In this document: piece by piece, positions 31,275 to 45,283 of the stretch
Numbering within the stretch: the stretch's first letter is position 1
Layout: every line of letters begins with the position of its first letter
Assembly (NCBI GenBank): GCA_003551665.1
Contig: PUNE01000124.1
Location: 19,720 to 83,719, forward strand
Direction of reading: 5' to 3'
From: Halobacteroidaceae bacterium
GTDB taxonomy: Bacteria > Bacillota > Halanaerobiia > B1SED10-174
DNA length: 64,000 nt
The notes under the pieces: generated by a model
Databases searched by the model: none
The model's input: only the letters and a program-made list of their open reading frames with translations
What the model was told of the DNA's origin: nothing
Program-made: the position numbers and the translations under genes

Positions 31275-32183
31275 GTGAAGTTCCGGATCTTAATGGTTTT
31301 AGTACTTATATTTTTGTTTTCTGGATTGGCTCAGGCCAGCGGGGGGGTAATGTTCGGTGGGAGCAGACACATTGGCCCGGATGAAGTAGTCCGGGGAGAC
31401 ATTGTTATATTTGGCGGGGAAGTAGAGATTTTTGGTACTCTGGAAGGCGACCTGGTTTGTCTGGGAGGAAATGCCCAGGTAGAGGGGCGGATTTCTGGGG
31501 ACTTGATAAGTGTAGGAGGGCGCATCCGCCTGGAGGAGGGTGCAAGCATAGGAGGGGACCTTGTCCAGGCAGGGGGTTCAATCTGGAGAGATCCACAGGT
31601 TCAAATAGGTGGAAGTTATAGGTCCTGGGAGGTTACCGGTCCCTTCCGGGTTGGTTTTCCCCACTGGACTGGTTATAGGTTTGTTTCTGCCTGGGGATCG
31701 GTGTTTGGATTTTTCTATCATTTGCTTTTTACTCTCCTTGTTAGCTTTTTATTTGCAAATAATGTAAGGGGGGTTGCTTCAACCCTTAGGGGAGAATGGG
31801 GGTTCTCTCTTCTGGTTGGTTTCCTGGGTTTTATCCTTTTACTACCGGTTGTAGTTTTTCTGCTGATTACTATCCTGGGAATTCCCCTGGCCTTTGTTGT
31901 ATTGCTTGGTTATTACCTGGCAATTATTCTGGGGCAGGTTGGGATTTTCTTTATCCTGGGTCACTGGCTGATGGAAAAATTCGGCTGGAAAAACGATAAG
32001 GTAATCGGGGTTTCCGTGGTAGGCTTACTTGCTTTATTCGTGGTTCGGTTAATTATCAGGCTTATCCCCTTAATTGGGGGGCCCATCCATATGATTGTAA
32101 TGGTTCTGATTTATTTTCTTGCTCTGGGAGCAACCCTTAAGAGCCGTTTTGGAACCCAAAAACCCTGGATAGCCAGGGGTTAA
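31275..32183 (+). CDS. Membrane protein with an N-terminal bactofilin/polymer-forming-like beta-helix repeat region and C-terminal TM segments
   Basis: GTG after GAGGAGG; signal peptide ending in AQA; repeated GDxxxxGG units (GDIVIFGG, GDLVCLGG, GDLISVGG, GDLVQAGG); about 5 TM segments including ITILGIPLA. Confidence 0.7.
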   Translation: MKFRILMVLVLIFLFSGLAQASGGVMFGGSRHIGPDEVVRGDIVIFGGEVEIFGTLEGDLVCLGGNAQVEGRISGDLISVGGRIRLEEGASIGGDLVQAGGSIWRDPQVQIGGSYRSWEVTGPFRVGFPHWTGYRFVSAWGSVFGFFYHLLFTLLVSFLFANNVRGVASTLRGEWGFSLLVGFLGFILLLPVVVFLLITILGIPLAFVVLLGYYLAIILGQVGIFFILGHWLMEKFGWKNDKVIGVSVVGLLALFVVRLIIRLIPLIGGPIHMIVMVLIYFLALGATLKSRFGTQKPWIARG

Positions 32184-32185
32184 AA

Positions 32186-32219
32186 ACAAAACCCCCGACC
32201 CATTAGATGGGTCGGGGGT
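32186..32219. terminator. Intrinsic terminator, best oriented for the minus-strand tRNA
   Basis: ACCCCCGACCCAT-TAG-ATGGGTCGGGGGT with an A-tract on the left. Confidence 0.8.
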
Positions 32220-32229
32220 ATGTTATCAA

Positions 32230-32306
32230 TGGTCGGAGCGCCGGGATTTGAACCCGGGGCCTCTGCCTCCCGAAGACAGCGCGCTTCCAAGCTGCGCTAC
32301 GCTCCG
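32230..32306 (-). tRNA. tRNA-Pro(CGG)
   Basis: Reverse complement CGGAGCG...CTGTC-TTCGGGA-GGCAG...GGTTCAAATCC...CGCTCCGACCA; 77 nt with encoded CCA. Confidence 0.95.
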
Positions 32307-32320
32307 TATTCTCATAATAG

Positions 32321-32349
32321 AGTATACCACCTGCAATAGTATTTGTAAA
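32321..32349 (-). promoter_or_regulatory. sigmaA promoter of tRNA-Pro
   Basis: Minus strand TTTACA-N17-TATACT. Confidence 0.7.
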
Positions 32350-32369
32350 GGGAAGGAGTTTGCGGGTTT

Positions 32370-35063
32370 ATGTTAAAATCCATTCTGGTTTCTCTGGTTT
32401 TTCTGTTTATTCTGGTCCAGCCGGTGGAGGCTGCCATGTTTTTTAACTGGCAGCAGATGGATACGGAAAATTTCCGAATCTATTTTCCCGATGGCCTGCA
32501 GGGGCCTGCCAATCAGGCAGCCGAAATTGCTGAGGAGGTACACGTTGAGCTGACAAAATTTTTGGGCTTTGAACCAGAGAAAAAAACTGATCTCATTTTA
32601 TTTAAATCCAGGGATACCGCAGGAGGATGGGCAGATATTTCCTGGGATCGGAGGATAGGGATCTATCTCGGTCACTTTAATCTCGAGGGAGGTTTTGGTG
32701 AATACGAAAGTATGCTTCGATTGATTATCGCCCATGAATATGCCCATATTCTCCAGCTTTCCCTGCCTCCGGAGAAAATGCTGCCCTGGGGCTGGGTTTC
32801 ACAGATTTTTCCCCCTATTTTACTCCAGCCTTACTGGTTTATCGAAGGGTTTGCGATAACCATGGAAACAAGCCTGACCGAAGGTGGGCGGGCGGATAGC
32901 CCGATTATTGAGGCCATGCTAAGAGCCCAGGCTGATGCAGACGAGATGTATTATTTTGACCAGATCCAGGGACTTTACAACCTGGAATCCTGGCCCGGGG
33001 CGGCCGCTGCTTACAACTACGGGGCCTGGTTTATGGCCTACCTTATTGACCTTTATGGAGAAGAGTTAATAGTTGATCTGGCCAGAAAGTACCCTGAGAA
33101 TCCCTTCCGGGGGATTTCGGGCTGGTTTACCCAGCTGACAGGAGACAATCTTGAGCAGGTTTACGAAGAATGGAAGGACAAGCTGGGCTCAATAGGAAGG
33201 GTTGAAGAACCACAGACCATTACTTCTGCCTGGGGTTACAACCAGAATCTGGCAACATGTCTGCAGACGGACAGCGTCATTTATTTTCACCAGGGTGAAT
33301 TATTTCCCTCTTTAAGACTTTTTGATGGGGAAAGTGACAGGCAAATCCTGGCTACAGCTGGAATTAACGGTGGGAGGCCTGCCTGGTCTCCAGGAGGGGA
33401 CAAGATAGCCTTTGCCGGACTCCAACCCGAGGGTTTAAAAGAGCTTTACCACCAGATTTATATTTATAACCCGAAAACTGGCGAAAAAGAGCAGGTTACT
33501 TCTGGCCGGGGGGGCAGACACCCTGCCTGGTCAGTGCAGAATGAACTGGCATTTGTGGAAAATGTTACTGCCGGGAACCAGGTAATCCTTTATGACATGG
33601 AAACCGGCCAGAGGGAAGTGCTGTTTTTCAACCGGCCTGAACTGAGTTACGGTTCTCTGGCCTGGGATCCAGAGGGCAGGAAACTGGCAATTGAAGTCTG
33701 GATGGAAGGAGGTCCCAGGGGTCTTTGGATTTATGATACAGAAAGCGGTTATGTGGAAACCACTTTTGTCCGGGAAGGGAGTCTGCATCGACCTGTCTGG
33801 TCTGCTGATGGAGACTACCTTTACATTGTTGGCCTGATTGACGGTCCGCCCCAGGTCCTGGCTCATGATTACGATAGTGGAGAATTCTGGGAGGTAACTT
33901 CCCATCCTTATGGGACTTATGATATTGGCCCCGGGAAGGAAAAAGATTACTATGTTGTCCTTACTTCCCAGGGGTACCAGGTGACCGAAGACCGAATTGA
34001 GCGGCAGGATTGGGAACCAAAGACGCTTACATTCTTTGTTCCGGGGGAGGACGAAGAACTCCGGGAAATGAGGGAAACCAGGAGGACCAGTCGGGATTAT
34101 CCCCTATTCAGCAAACTGGCTCCCCGCCTGGTTATTCCCTGGAGCGGAGAAGGAATAGTTGGTTTTAATATGTTTGGGTGGGACCCACTGGAACTGGTGT
34201 ATTACGAGGCCAGTATTGCTTCAGGTTTTCCCATTGCCCCCGCTTACAATATATACACCGGGGTTTATCCCGACCAGGGTAGAATCGGTCTGATTGAAAA
34301 TCTCTTCCAGGGAGGCTGGACCAGGCGGGTAGGACCGGTAGAATTTACAGAACCCCGTCGGTTTGACGGGGGCCAGTTTCTACTTCACCTGCCGGTGCAG
34401 AGGGAATATTTTTCCGGCGCCAATCTCCGTCTTGGTGGGGGCGCATACTTTCTCCCCGATTTGCTTTACCCTGGAATTCATCTGGGCTGGACCCAGCAGT
34501 TTGTGCGTGGCCAAGACAGCCTTAACTTAAATTTAGGATATGCTGCTGACGGTTCTGCATGGTATATTGAGGGCTGGGATGTCCAGTTAATAGGCCAGGG
34601 GATGGCGAGTGTGAGACCCTGGAGGGGAACAAGCCTCGGGCTATTGACCCTTGGTGGACTTGCTCCCGGTGATTACCAGGTCAGCGTTGGCATGAGGAGT
34701 TTTGCTGCCCCCTTGAGGGGAGAAATGATCTGGCTCAACCGCCTGGAATTGACGCAAAGAATCTGGAAAATAAAAAGGGGAAGCGGAGAGCTTCCCGTTT
34801 TCCTGGACAGTTTGAGATTAAGACCTTATGTTGAAGTTGGTTCAACCTGGGAAGGCGATATTCGAGAAGACAGGTATGGGGGAGGACTGGAGGCAATTCT
34901 TGATGTAGAATTGCTCCAGGGTCGTTTTCCCCTCGAACTGGTTGGTGGATTATCCTATAATACGGAGGAAGATCTGCGACCTTACTTCCGTTTTAATCTT
35001 GGGGGATTTGTGCGGACCATTGGTGAGAAATATTTCATGAGCCCCGTCGACCAAGATAATTAA
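32370..35063 (+). CDS. Secreted protein: gluzincin-like metallopeptidase + TolB/PD40 beta-propeller + putative Omp85-like beta-barrel
   Basis: Signal peptide (VEA); HEYAH...WFIEGFA; repeats PAWSPGGDKIAF, PAWS, LAWDPEGRKLA, PVWSADG; alternating-hydrophobic C-terminal strands ending YFRFNLGGF. Confidence 0.65.
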   Translation: MLKSILVSLVFLFILVQPVEAAMFFNWQQMDTENFRIYFPDGLQGPANQAAEIAEEVHVELTKFLGFEPEKKTDLILFKSRDTAGGWADISWDRRIGIYLGHFNLEGGFGEYESMLRLIIAHEYAHILQLSLPPEKMLPWGWVSQIFPPILLQPYWFIEGFAITMETSLTEGGRADSPIIEAMLRAQADADEMYYFDQIQGLYNLESWPGAAAAYNYGAWFMAYLIDLYGEELIVDLARKYPENPFRGISGWFTQLTGDNLEQVYEEWKDKLGSIGRVEEPQTITSAWGYNQNLATCLQTDSVIYFHQGELFPSLRLFDGESDRQILATAGINGGRPAWSPGGDKIAFAGLQPEGLKELYHQIYIYNPKTGEKEQVTSGRGGRHPAWSVQNELAFVENVTAGNQVILYDMETGQREVLFFNRPELSYGSLAWDPEGRKLAIEVWMEGGPRGLWIYDTESGYVETTFVREGSLHRPVWSADGDYLYIVGLIDGPPQVLAHDYDSGEFWEVTSHPYGTYDIGPGKEKDYYVVLTSQGYQVTEDRIERQDWEPKTLTFFVPGEDEELREMRETRRTSRDYPLFSKLAPRLVIPWSGEGIVGFNMFGWDPLELVYYEASIASGFPIAPAYNIYTGVYPDQGRIGLIENLFQGGWTRRVGPVEFTEPRRFDGGQFLLHLPVQREYFSGANLRLGGGAYFLPDLLYPGIHLGWTQQFVRGQDSLNLNLGYAADGSAWYIEGWDVQLIGQGMASVRPWRGTSLGLLTLGGLAPGDYQVSVGMRSFAAPLRGEMIWLNRLELTQRIWKIKRGSGELPVFLDSLRLRPYVEVGSTWEGDIREDRYGGGLEAILDVELLQGRFPLELVGGLSYNTEEDLRPYFRFNLGGFVRTIGEKYFMSPVDQDN

Positions 35064-35583
35064 TAACGAGATAAAGGCCAACCCCGATTAAAGCGACCGG
35101 CCATAGCAGATCAAAACGCTGCAGGATTGTTACCGGCAAAATTTCTGTGTCCAAAAGGTAAATAAAAACCCCTGTCCCGAATAAAATTGCTGCAGGATAA
35201 AAAGGCCAGTTCCGGTTGCCACCCGATTTTTGGGAACGGGTATGCAAAAGGAAAACCAGTATAAAAGCCAGGCTCAGGAGATGGAAAAAAAGGGTCTGGG
35301 CTAAAAAAGGTGGTAGGTCAAACTTCCGGGGGAGAGAAGTGGTTCCCCCCAGGGATAGAAGAACAAGCCCCACCACCAGATAACCCTGAGTTTTCCCCGA
35401 GAGAATATAAAACAGAAGGAATAAAAAGGCAGAGATAAAAAGAAAGGCTTCAGTGCTGTATAAAAAGGGAAGATGTTCCCAGATCTCCAGTGTTCTGCTC
35501 AACCAGAAGAGGCCGGCGAATAAAAGAAAAATTCCTGTGTACGGTAATTTCAATCCTTTGGCCAAAAGAACCAGTCCTTTCAA
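35035..35583 (-). CDS. Hypothetical multi-TM membrane protein (LiaF/LiaI-like WP motifs)
   Basis: About 6 hydrophobic segments, WPFYPA and LWPVALIGVGLYL. Confidence 0.6.
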   Translation of the reverse strand: MKGLVLLAKGLKLPYTGIFLLFAGLFWLSRTLEIWEHLPFLYSTEAFLFISAFLFLLFYILSGKTQGYLVVGLVLLSLGGTTSLPRKFDLPPFLAQTLFFHLLSLAFILVFLLHTRSQKSGGNRNWPFYPAAILFGTGVFIYLLDTEILPVTILQRFDLLWPVALIGVGLYLVINYLGRRGS

Positions 35584-35652
35584 AGAAATGCTATAATAAG
35601 TTTACTTCCCTCACCTTGTAAAGTCAAGGCATGGGCAAAGGAGGAAGGGAAA

Positions 35653-39920
<4,268 letters not shown>

Positions 39921-39924
39921 GAAA

Positions 39925-40161
39925 GTGAATAGAAATTTTTCCCGCCTTACGGCCCTAAAAAAGGAGAGTTTAAATCTGGACCTTGTGGAAAAACAACTGG
40001 AAGAAATCAAGTCTTTTTTGGGGGACCAAAAGGGGTCTCCTGGAAGAATTAAGAACCAAAGCCCCCTTTCTTTTGAGGATCTCCGACCGGATTGTCCAAA
40101 GGGGGGAATCCGGGAAGCAGGAATCACCTTCAGGGTTCCTGGATTGCGACAAAGGGGTTGA
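39925..40161 (+). CDS. gatC: Putative highly divergent GatC
   Basis: Occupies the gatC position between ligA and gatA; retains LRPD and FRVP, resembling GatC LR.D and F.VP. Confidence 0.55.
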   Translation: MNRNFSRLTALKKESLNLDLVEKQLEEIKSFLGDQKGSPGRIKNQSPLSFEDLRPDCPKGGIREAGITFRVPGLRQRG

Positions 40162-40166
40162 AAAAG

Positions 40167-41645
40167 TTGAGCTTAAAAGGGCATAGTGCCACTTCAATAA
40201 ATAACAAGTTCAAAAAGGGAGAAGTGTCAGCCCGGGAAATCCTAAAAGATTGCAAGGACAGGTTGGAAGAAAGAGATCCGTTGTTAAAGGCTTTTGTTGC
40301 AACCTCCTGGAAAAGGGCAGAAAAAAAGGCCCGTTCTCTGGATGAAAAAAGGGCAAGAGGGGAGGAGTTGCCTCCCATGGCAGGTGTTCCTGTTGCCATA
40401 AAGGATAACATTGCCCGCCTCCAGGATACACTTACCTGCTGCTCTCGTTTTTTGCAGGGGTTTTACCCGGGTTATTCCGCAACAGTGGTGGAAAAACTTG
40501 AAAAGGCCGGAGCCCTGATTATTGGGAGGACCAATATGGATGAAATGGCCATGGGTTCTACTACCGAAAAATCTGCGTATTTTCCCACCCGAAACCCTCA
40601 CGACCTGGGAAAAGTTCCCGGGGGATCTTCAGGAGGTTCTGCAGCTGCAGTAGGGGGAGGAATTGTTCCCCTTGCACTGGGCAGTGAAACGGGGGGATCA
40701 ATTCGCCAGCCGGCTTCTTTCTGTGGAGTTTACGGCCTTAGGGCCACTTATGGTCGGATCTCCCGCTTTGGCCTGGTAGCCTATGCTTCTTCCCTTGACC
40801 AGATTGGCCCCCTTGCGGGAGACCTGCAGGACCTCTGGCTGGTTTTATCCCAGATTTCTGGCCGGGATTCTCGTGATTCAACTACTTTTGACAGTGAGGA
40901 TCTGAAAAGATCTGGGGACAATTTTGATCCCCGAGGGCTCAGAATAGCCATCCCCCGGGAATACCTGGAGCAGGTTGAAGACGAGGAAGTCCTGGAGAGG
41001 ATGATCGAGGTGGTAAGGGATCTTGAACAGGTGGGGGTCATTGTGGAAGAGGTTTCCTTTACCAGTCCCGGGCGGGCACTGGCAGTTTATTCGGTAATAG
41101 CGCCTGCAGAAGCAAGTTCAAACCTGGCTCGTTTTGATGGAATAAGGTTTGGGCCTGCTCCTGAAGCAGAGCAAGACTGGGAAGCTTTTATAACAAAGAG
41201 CAGGGACGAGGGTTTTGGAAAAGAAGTCAAAAACCGAATTTTTCTGGGGACAGTGGTTCTCAGCTCTCCTTACCGCAAGGAATTTTTTGATAGGGCTCTG
41301 GTTGCCCGGGAAGAAATCCGGGAAGAATTGCATGAACTGTTTAAACGTTTTGACCTAGTCCTTTCTCCAGCTACTCCAACCCCTGCTTTCAGTCTGGGCG
41401 CGGGAATGGAAGAATCCCTGGAGAAATTCATGAGCGATATACTGGCAATTCCGGGAAGCCTTGCAGGGCTGCCCGCGATTTCCATCCCCATGGGCTTAAA
41501 CAGAAACGGCCTGCCCCTTGGTTTGCAGCTAATGGGGCCCCCCCGGTCGGAACCTTTCTTGCTTGAGTTTTCTGAACTGGTTAAAAGGGAAAGCGGGTAC
41601 GGGGCGGAGGTAAAACTGGAAATTGACCGGGAGGCGGGAAAATGA
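40167..41645 (+). CDS. gatA: Glu-tRNA(Gln) amidotransferase subunit A
   Basis: [47 protein letters not shown]; TTG start inferred from the RBS. Confidence 0.95.
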   Translation: MSLKGHSATSINNKFKKGEVSAREILKDCKDRLEERDPLLKAFVATSWKRAEKKARSLDEKRARGEELPPMAGVPVAIKDNIARLQDTLTCCSRFLQGFYPGYSATVVEKLEKAGALIIGRTNMDEMAMGSTTEKSAYFPTRNPHDLGKVPGGSSGGSAAAVGGGIVPLALGSETGGSIRQPASFCGVYGLRATYGRISRFGLVAYASSLDQIGPLAGDLQDLWLVLSQISGRDSRDSTTFDSEDLKRSGDNFDPRGLRIAIPREYLEQVEDEEVLERMIEVVRDLEQVGVIVEEVSFTSPGRALAVYSVIAPAEASSNLARFDGIRFGPAPEAEQDWEAFITKSRDEGFGKEVKNRIFLGTVVLSSPYRKEFFDRALVAREEIREELHELFKRFDLVLSPATPTPAFSLGAGMEESLEKFMSDILAIPGSLAGLPAISIPMGLNRNGLPLGLQLMGPPRSEPFLLEFSELVKRESGYGAEVKLEIDREAGK

Positions 41646-43051
41646 GCTGTAAATGGGAGACGATTATCGGGCTGGAAATTCATCTCCAGCTAAAAACCAG
41701 GTCCAAGATTTTTTGTTCCTGTTCCACCGATTTTTCCGCTCCGGCCAATACCAATACCTGTCCCATTTGTCTAGGTTGGCCGGGCAGTATGCCTGCACTG
41801 AATCAAAAAGCTGTTTTACTTGCCCTGCGGGGAGCGGTGGCTTTGAATTGTAAAATTAACCGGGAAAGCAGCTTTGACCGCAAAAATTATTTTTATCCTG
41901 ATCTTCCCAAGGGGTTCCAGATTACCCAGTATTTTCGTCCGCTTGGTTTTGAGGGGTTTTTTCAGGTGGGAGAAAATAAGGTGGGGATCCAGAGAGTCCA
42001 CCTGGAAGAAGACGCGGGAAAAACCATTTACAACGGCGAGGAAGTAGAAATTGACTATAACAGGGCGGGCATTCCCCTTGTTGAAATAGTAACTGAACCC
42101 GATCTTGTATCCCCCGATCAGGCCCGGGATTTCCTCCGGGAATTGCGCTTGCTATTACTCTACCTGGGTATTTCCGACTGTAACATGGAAGAAGGTTCTC
42201 TTCGCTGCGATGCCAATATATCCATTAGCACCGGGGGAGAAAAAACAGGTGAAAACCAGGTTGAGTTGAAAAACCTAAATTCTTTTCAGGCCATTGCCAG
42301 GGCCCTTGAATATGAGCAAAATCGGCAGAAAGCTCTTAAAAAGGGCGGGGAAGAAATTGCTCGGGAAACAAGGGGCTGGGATACAACTGAAGAAAAAACC
42401 TTTTTGCTGCGCAGCAAGGAAGAAAGTGTTGACTATCGTTATTTTCCAGAACCGGATTTGCCTGTCCTGGTGCTTGAGGAGGGGCTAATTGATTCGGTAA
42501 GAATGGATTTGCCAGAAAAACCCCAGGAACGTAAAAAAAGATGGGAAAGAGAGTGGAAAATAGAAAAAGAAGAAACTGAGGTTCTGATCTCCCAGCAGGC
42601 AAGGGCAGATTTCTTTGAAAAAACAGCGCGCCTGGCCCCACCCCGGGAAGCAGCTAAATGGATAAAGGAAAACCTGGTAAATTTTGATTTCCCTCCAGAA
42701 ATTTCCCCTGAGGAACTGGGAGATATCATTAACCGGGTAAGGGCAGGGGAACTGAGTACAAGCCGGGGGAAGGATGTTCTCCAACTATGCCTGGAAAGCG
42801 GAAAAAACCCGGCCCGAATTATCCAAGAAAAAGGCTGGACCCAGGTTAGCGATGAAGACTACATTGAAAAGCTGGTGGACAGGGTCCTTGAAGAAAATCC
42901 CGGGGTGGTTGATGATTACCTATCCGGTAAGGATAAGGCCATCCGGTTTTTGATTGGACAGGCCATGAAGCTCAGCCAGGGGCAGGCAAATCCAGGCCTG
43001 GTTTGGGATTTGATGGAGAGAAAGCTCGAGGAGAGGAAAAATTATGGTTGA
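41642..43051 (+). CDS. gatB: Asp/Glu-tRNA amidotransferase subunit B
   Basis: IGLEIHLQL, FDRKNYFYPDLPKGFQITQ, HLEEDAGK, LRCDAN, YRYFPEPDL. Confidence 0.97.
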   Translation: MSCKWETIIGLEIHLQLKTRSKIFCSCSTDFSAPANTNTCPICLGWPGSMPALNQKAVLLALRGAVALNCKINRESSFDRKNYFYPDLPKGFQITQYFRPLGFEGFFQVGENKVGIQRVHLEEDAGKTIYNGEEVEIDYNRAGIPLVEIVTEPDLVSPDQARDFLRELRLLLLYLGISDCNMEEGSLRCDANISISTGGEKTGENQVELKNLNSFQAIARALEYEQNRQKALKKGGEEIARETRGWDTTEEKTFLLRSKEESVDYRYFPEPDLPVLVLEEGLIDSVRMDLPEKPQERKKRWEREWKIEKEETEVLISQQARADFFEKTARLAPPREAAKWIKENLVNFDFPPEISPEELGDIINRVRAGELSTSRGKDVLQLCLESGKNPARIIQEKGWTQVSDEDYIEKLVDRVLEENPGVVDDYLSGKDKAIRFLIGQAMKLSQGQANPGLVWDLMERKLEERKNYG

Positions 43052-44333
43052 GGAAATTATTCCGGAAATAACAATAAAAGACCTGGGTCATGATGGGCGC
43101 GGAGTGGGGAAATTAAATGGATACACTGTTTTTATTGCTGGAACCCTCCCGGGGGAAAGAGTTCGGGCCCGGTTTACGAAGAGAAAAAAGAAGTTTGGAG
43201 AAGCAATCCTCGAAGAGGTTCTTGATGCTTCTCCCCAGCGCCGCATCCCCCCCTGCCCGGTTTATCCTGCATGTGGAGGTTGTCAAATCCAGCATATGAA
43301 GTATCCCTTCCAGGTAGAATTCAAGCGGGATCGCCTTGTCCAGGCAATTTACCGGATTGGAGAAGCTGAAGACTTCCCCCCACCGGGGGTTTATGCTGCG
43401 AAAAAAGAATTAAATTACCGCAACAAGGCAACCTACCACCTGCAGGGAAACAATGCTGGGTTTTTCAGCCGGCAATCCCGCAGGATAGTTCCCCATAAAA
43501 AATGCGAGCTTTTAACTCCTCAAGCAAACCTGATTAAGGAGGGAGTGGAGGAGCTTTTTAAAGGTAGAAAATTAAGAGATGGGAAAAAATTTACTGTAAG
43601 GACCAGCTTTTCCCATAACCAGAGCTTATTAATCCTGGATGCAGCAGTTAAAACCCAGGGAGGCTGGGAACAAATTATAACTCACCTGAATCAAGAAAAC
43701 CCGGAACTTGTAGGAATTTTTCTTCAGGGAAAAGGGAAAAAGCCAGGAAGGTTGATCTGGGGAAAAAGTAAGGTTGAGGAAAAGATGGGCAGGTATTCTT
43801 TCCAGCTTGGCCCGGAAACATTTTTCCAGGTAAACCCGGAACAGAGAGAAGTTTTATTAAATAAAACCAGGGAAATAGTCCAGGGGATGGGCTTAAAAAA
43901 GATTGCTGATCTTTATGCAGGAGCAGGGGTATTTGGAATTAACCTGGCTGAGTATGCTGAAGAAGTAATGGCGGTGGAAATTTCACGAGAGGCAGTTAAC
44001 GAGGGAAAACGAGTGGTAAAAGAAAACGGCATGGATAATATTCAATTTTATCAGGGGGAGGTAGAAAGGGTTTTTGCCAAGCTTCCCCGGGATATTGACT
44101 GTGTTTTGCTTGATCCTCCCCGGGAAGGTTGCCACCCCCATGTTTGGCAAATAATTGAAGAAAAAAATGTTGACAATATTATCTATATCTCCTGCAATCC
44201 AGCCACTTTAGCCCGAGATATTGCTGAACTTCAGCCCAGGGGCTTTAGGGTTGAAAGGATGGATTTAGTTGACATGTTTCCCCAGACCTATCACGTGGAA
44301 ACAGTAGTATTGATGTCAAGGGTGCAGAAATAG
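43044..44333 (+). CDS. rlmD: 23S rRNA (uracil-5)-methyltransferase RlmD/RumA
   Basis: TRAM domain, CPVYPACGGCQ, FFQVN, DPPREG, YISCNPATLARD, DMFPQTYHVE. Confidence 0.95.
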   Translation: MVEEIIPEITIKDLGHDGRGVGKLNGYTVFIAGTLPGERVRARFTKRKKKFGEAILEEVLDASPQRRIPPCPVYPACGGCQIQHMKYPFQVEFKRDRLVQAIYRIGEAEDFPPPGVYAAKKELNYRNKATYHLQGNNAGFFSRQSRRIVPHKKCELLTPQANLIKEGVEELFKGRKLRDGKKFTVRTSFSHNQSLLILDAAVKTQGGWEQIITHLNQENPELVGIFLQGKGKKPGRLIWGKSKVEEKMGRYSFQLGPETFFQVNPEQREVLLNKTREIVQGMGLKKIADLYAGAGVFGINLAEYAEEVMAVEISREAVNEGKRVVKENGMDNIQFYQGEVERVFAKLPRDIDCVLLDPPREGCHPHVWQIIEEKNVDNIIYISCNPATLARDIAELQPRGFRVERMDLVDMFPQTYHVETVVLMSRVQK

Positions 44334-44372
44334 AAGAGCTACAAAGAAAATACCCATTGAGGGAGGCAAAAA

Positions 44373-45110
44373 ATGGGAGAAGAGGTGCAGGCATATTACT
44401 CCAGAAAAAAAGAAACACTGCTAAAGGACTTCAGAAAAACAATGGAACTGATGAAAAAGGACCGTGAATACCGGCAGCTCATTACGGATTCCTGGGAGAA
44501 AGAGTTGATTTGGGAGTACCAACGAATCATCCCCGAGATCCCCTATTTTAAAGGATACCGCCAAAGGATGTTCAATCAGATGCTTTTGATTACCGCTCAG
44601 GTTCTCGCCGCTTATCGGGTATTGAAAAGGAAGGAGAAGACACCCGCAGAGATTTGGGAGACCTGCCATGATGCTCTGGATTTTAGATTGCAGCAGATTC
44701 CTGAAAGAAGAAAACGCTTAATTAACAGACTATGGAACAACCCATTCCGAATGATAATGATGAGAAGAGCCAAAAAAAATGTCAAAGAAACTCTGGGCCA
44801 CTTCAAGTTAGAATATATCCCGGGCAAAAAAGAAGATTTTTTTGACTACGGCATCAATTATACCCAATGCGGTCATCACAAATTTCTCGCAGAACAGGGT
44901 GCTGAAGAGTTGCTACCTTATATCTGTTTAGCAGATATTTCTTTGAGCGATGCCTTCGGATGGGGGCTTGCCCGAACACAAACCCTGGGCGATGGAGATG
45001 AATTCTGTGATTTTCGGTTTACCAGAGGAGGTTCCACAACAATCGCATCCAAAAAACCCGAGATCCAGGAGATAATTGACCAATGGAAAGCAAAAAAGAT
45101 GAGATTATGA
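44373..45110 (+). CDS. L-2-amino-thiazoline-4-carboxylic acid hydrolase family protein
   Basis: YTQCG...GAEEL.PYICLAD...LARTQTL.DG...CDFRF. Confidence 0.75.
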   Translation: MGEEVQAYYSRKKETLLKDFRKTMELMKKDREYRQLITDSWEKELIWEYQRIIPEIPYFKGYRQRMFNQMLLITAQVLAAYRVLKRKEKTPAEIWETCHDALDFRLQQIPERRKRLINRLWNNPFRMIMMRRAKKNVKETLGHFKLEYIPGKKEDFFDYGINYTQCGHHKFLAEQGAEELLPYICLADISLSDAFGWGLARTQTLGDGDEFCDFRFTRGGSTTIASKKPEIQEIIDQWKAKKMRL

Positions 45111-45283
45111 AAAATTCGGGGTAACAATACATATCAGCTGGGGCAATAATACTGATCAGGTTTGTAAGCAGGAACAATGAGTAAAAAACTTAGATTGTTG
45201 GACTGGCAGTAATTTCCCCTGATTAAAATGAAGAAAGATGAATTGAGTGGTAAACTTTAGGTTTTGGCCAGGGGGCATCCAAG

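Noticed and set aside
32230-32306. tRNA-Pro as an integration site
   Set aside because: No duplicated tRNA 3' end and no integrase in the window; a terminator follows directly.
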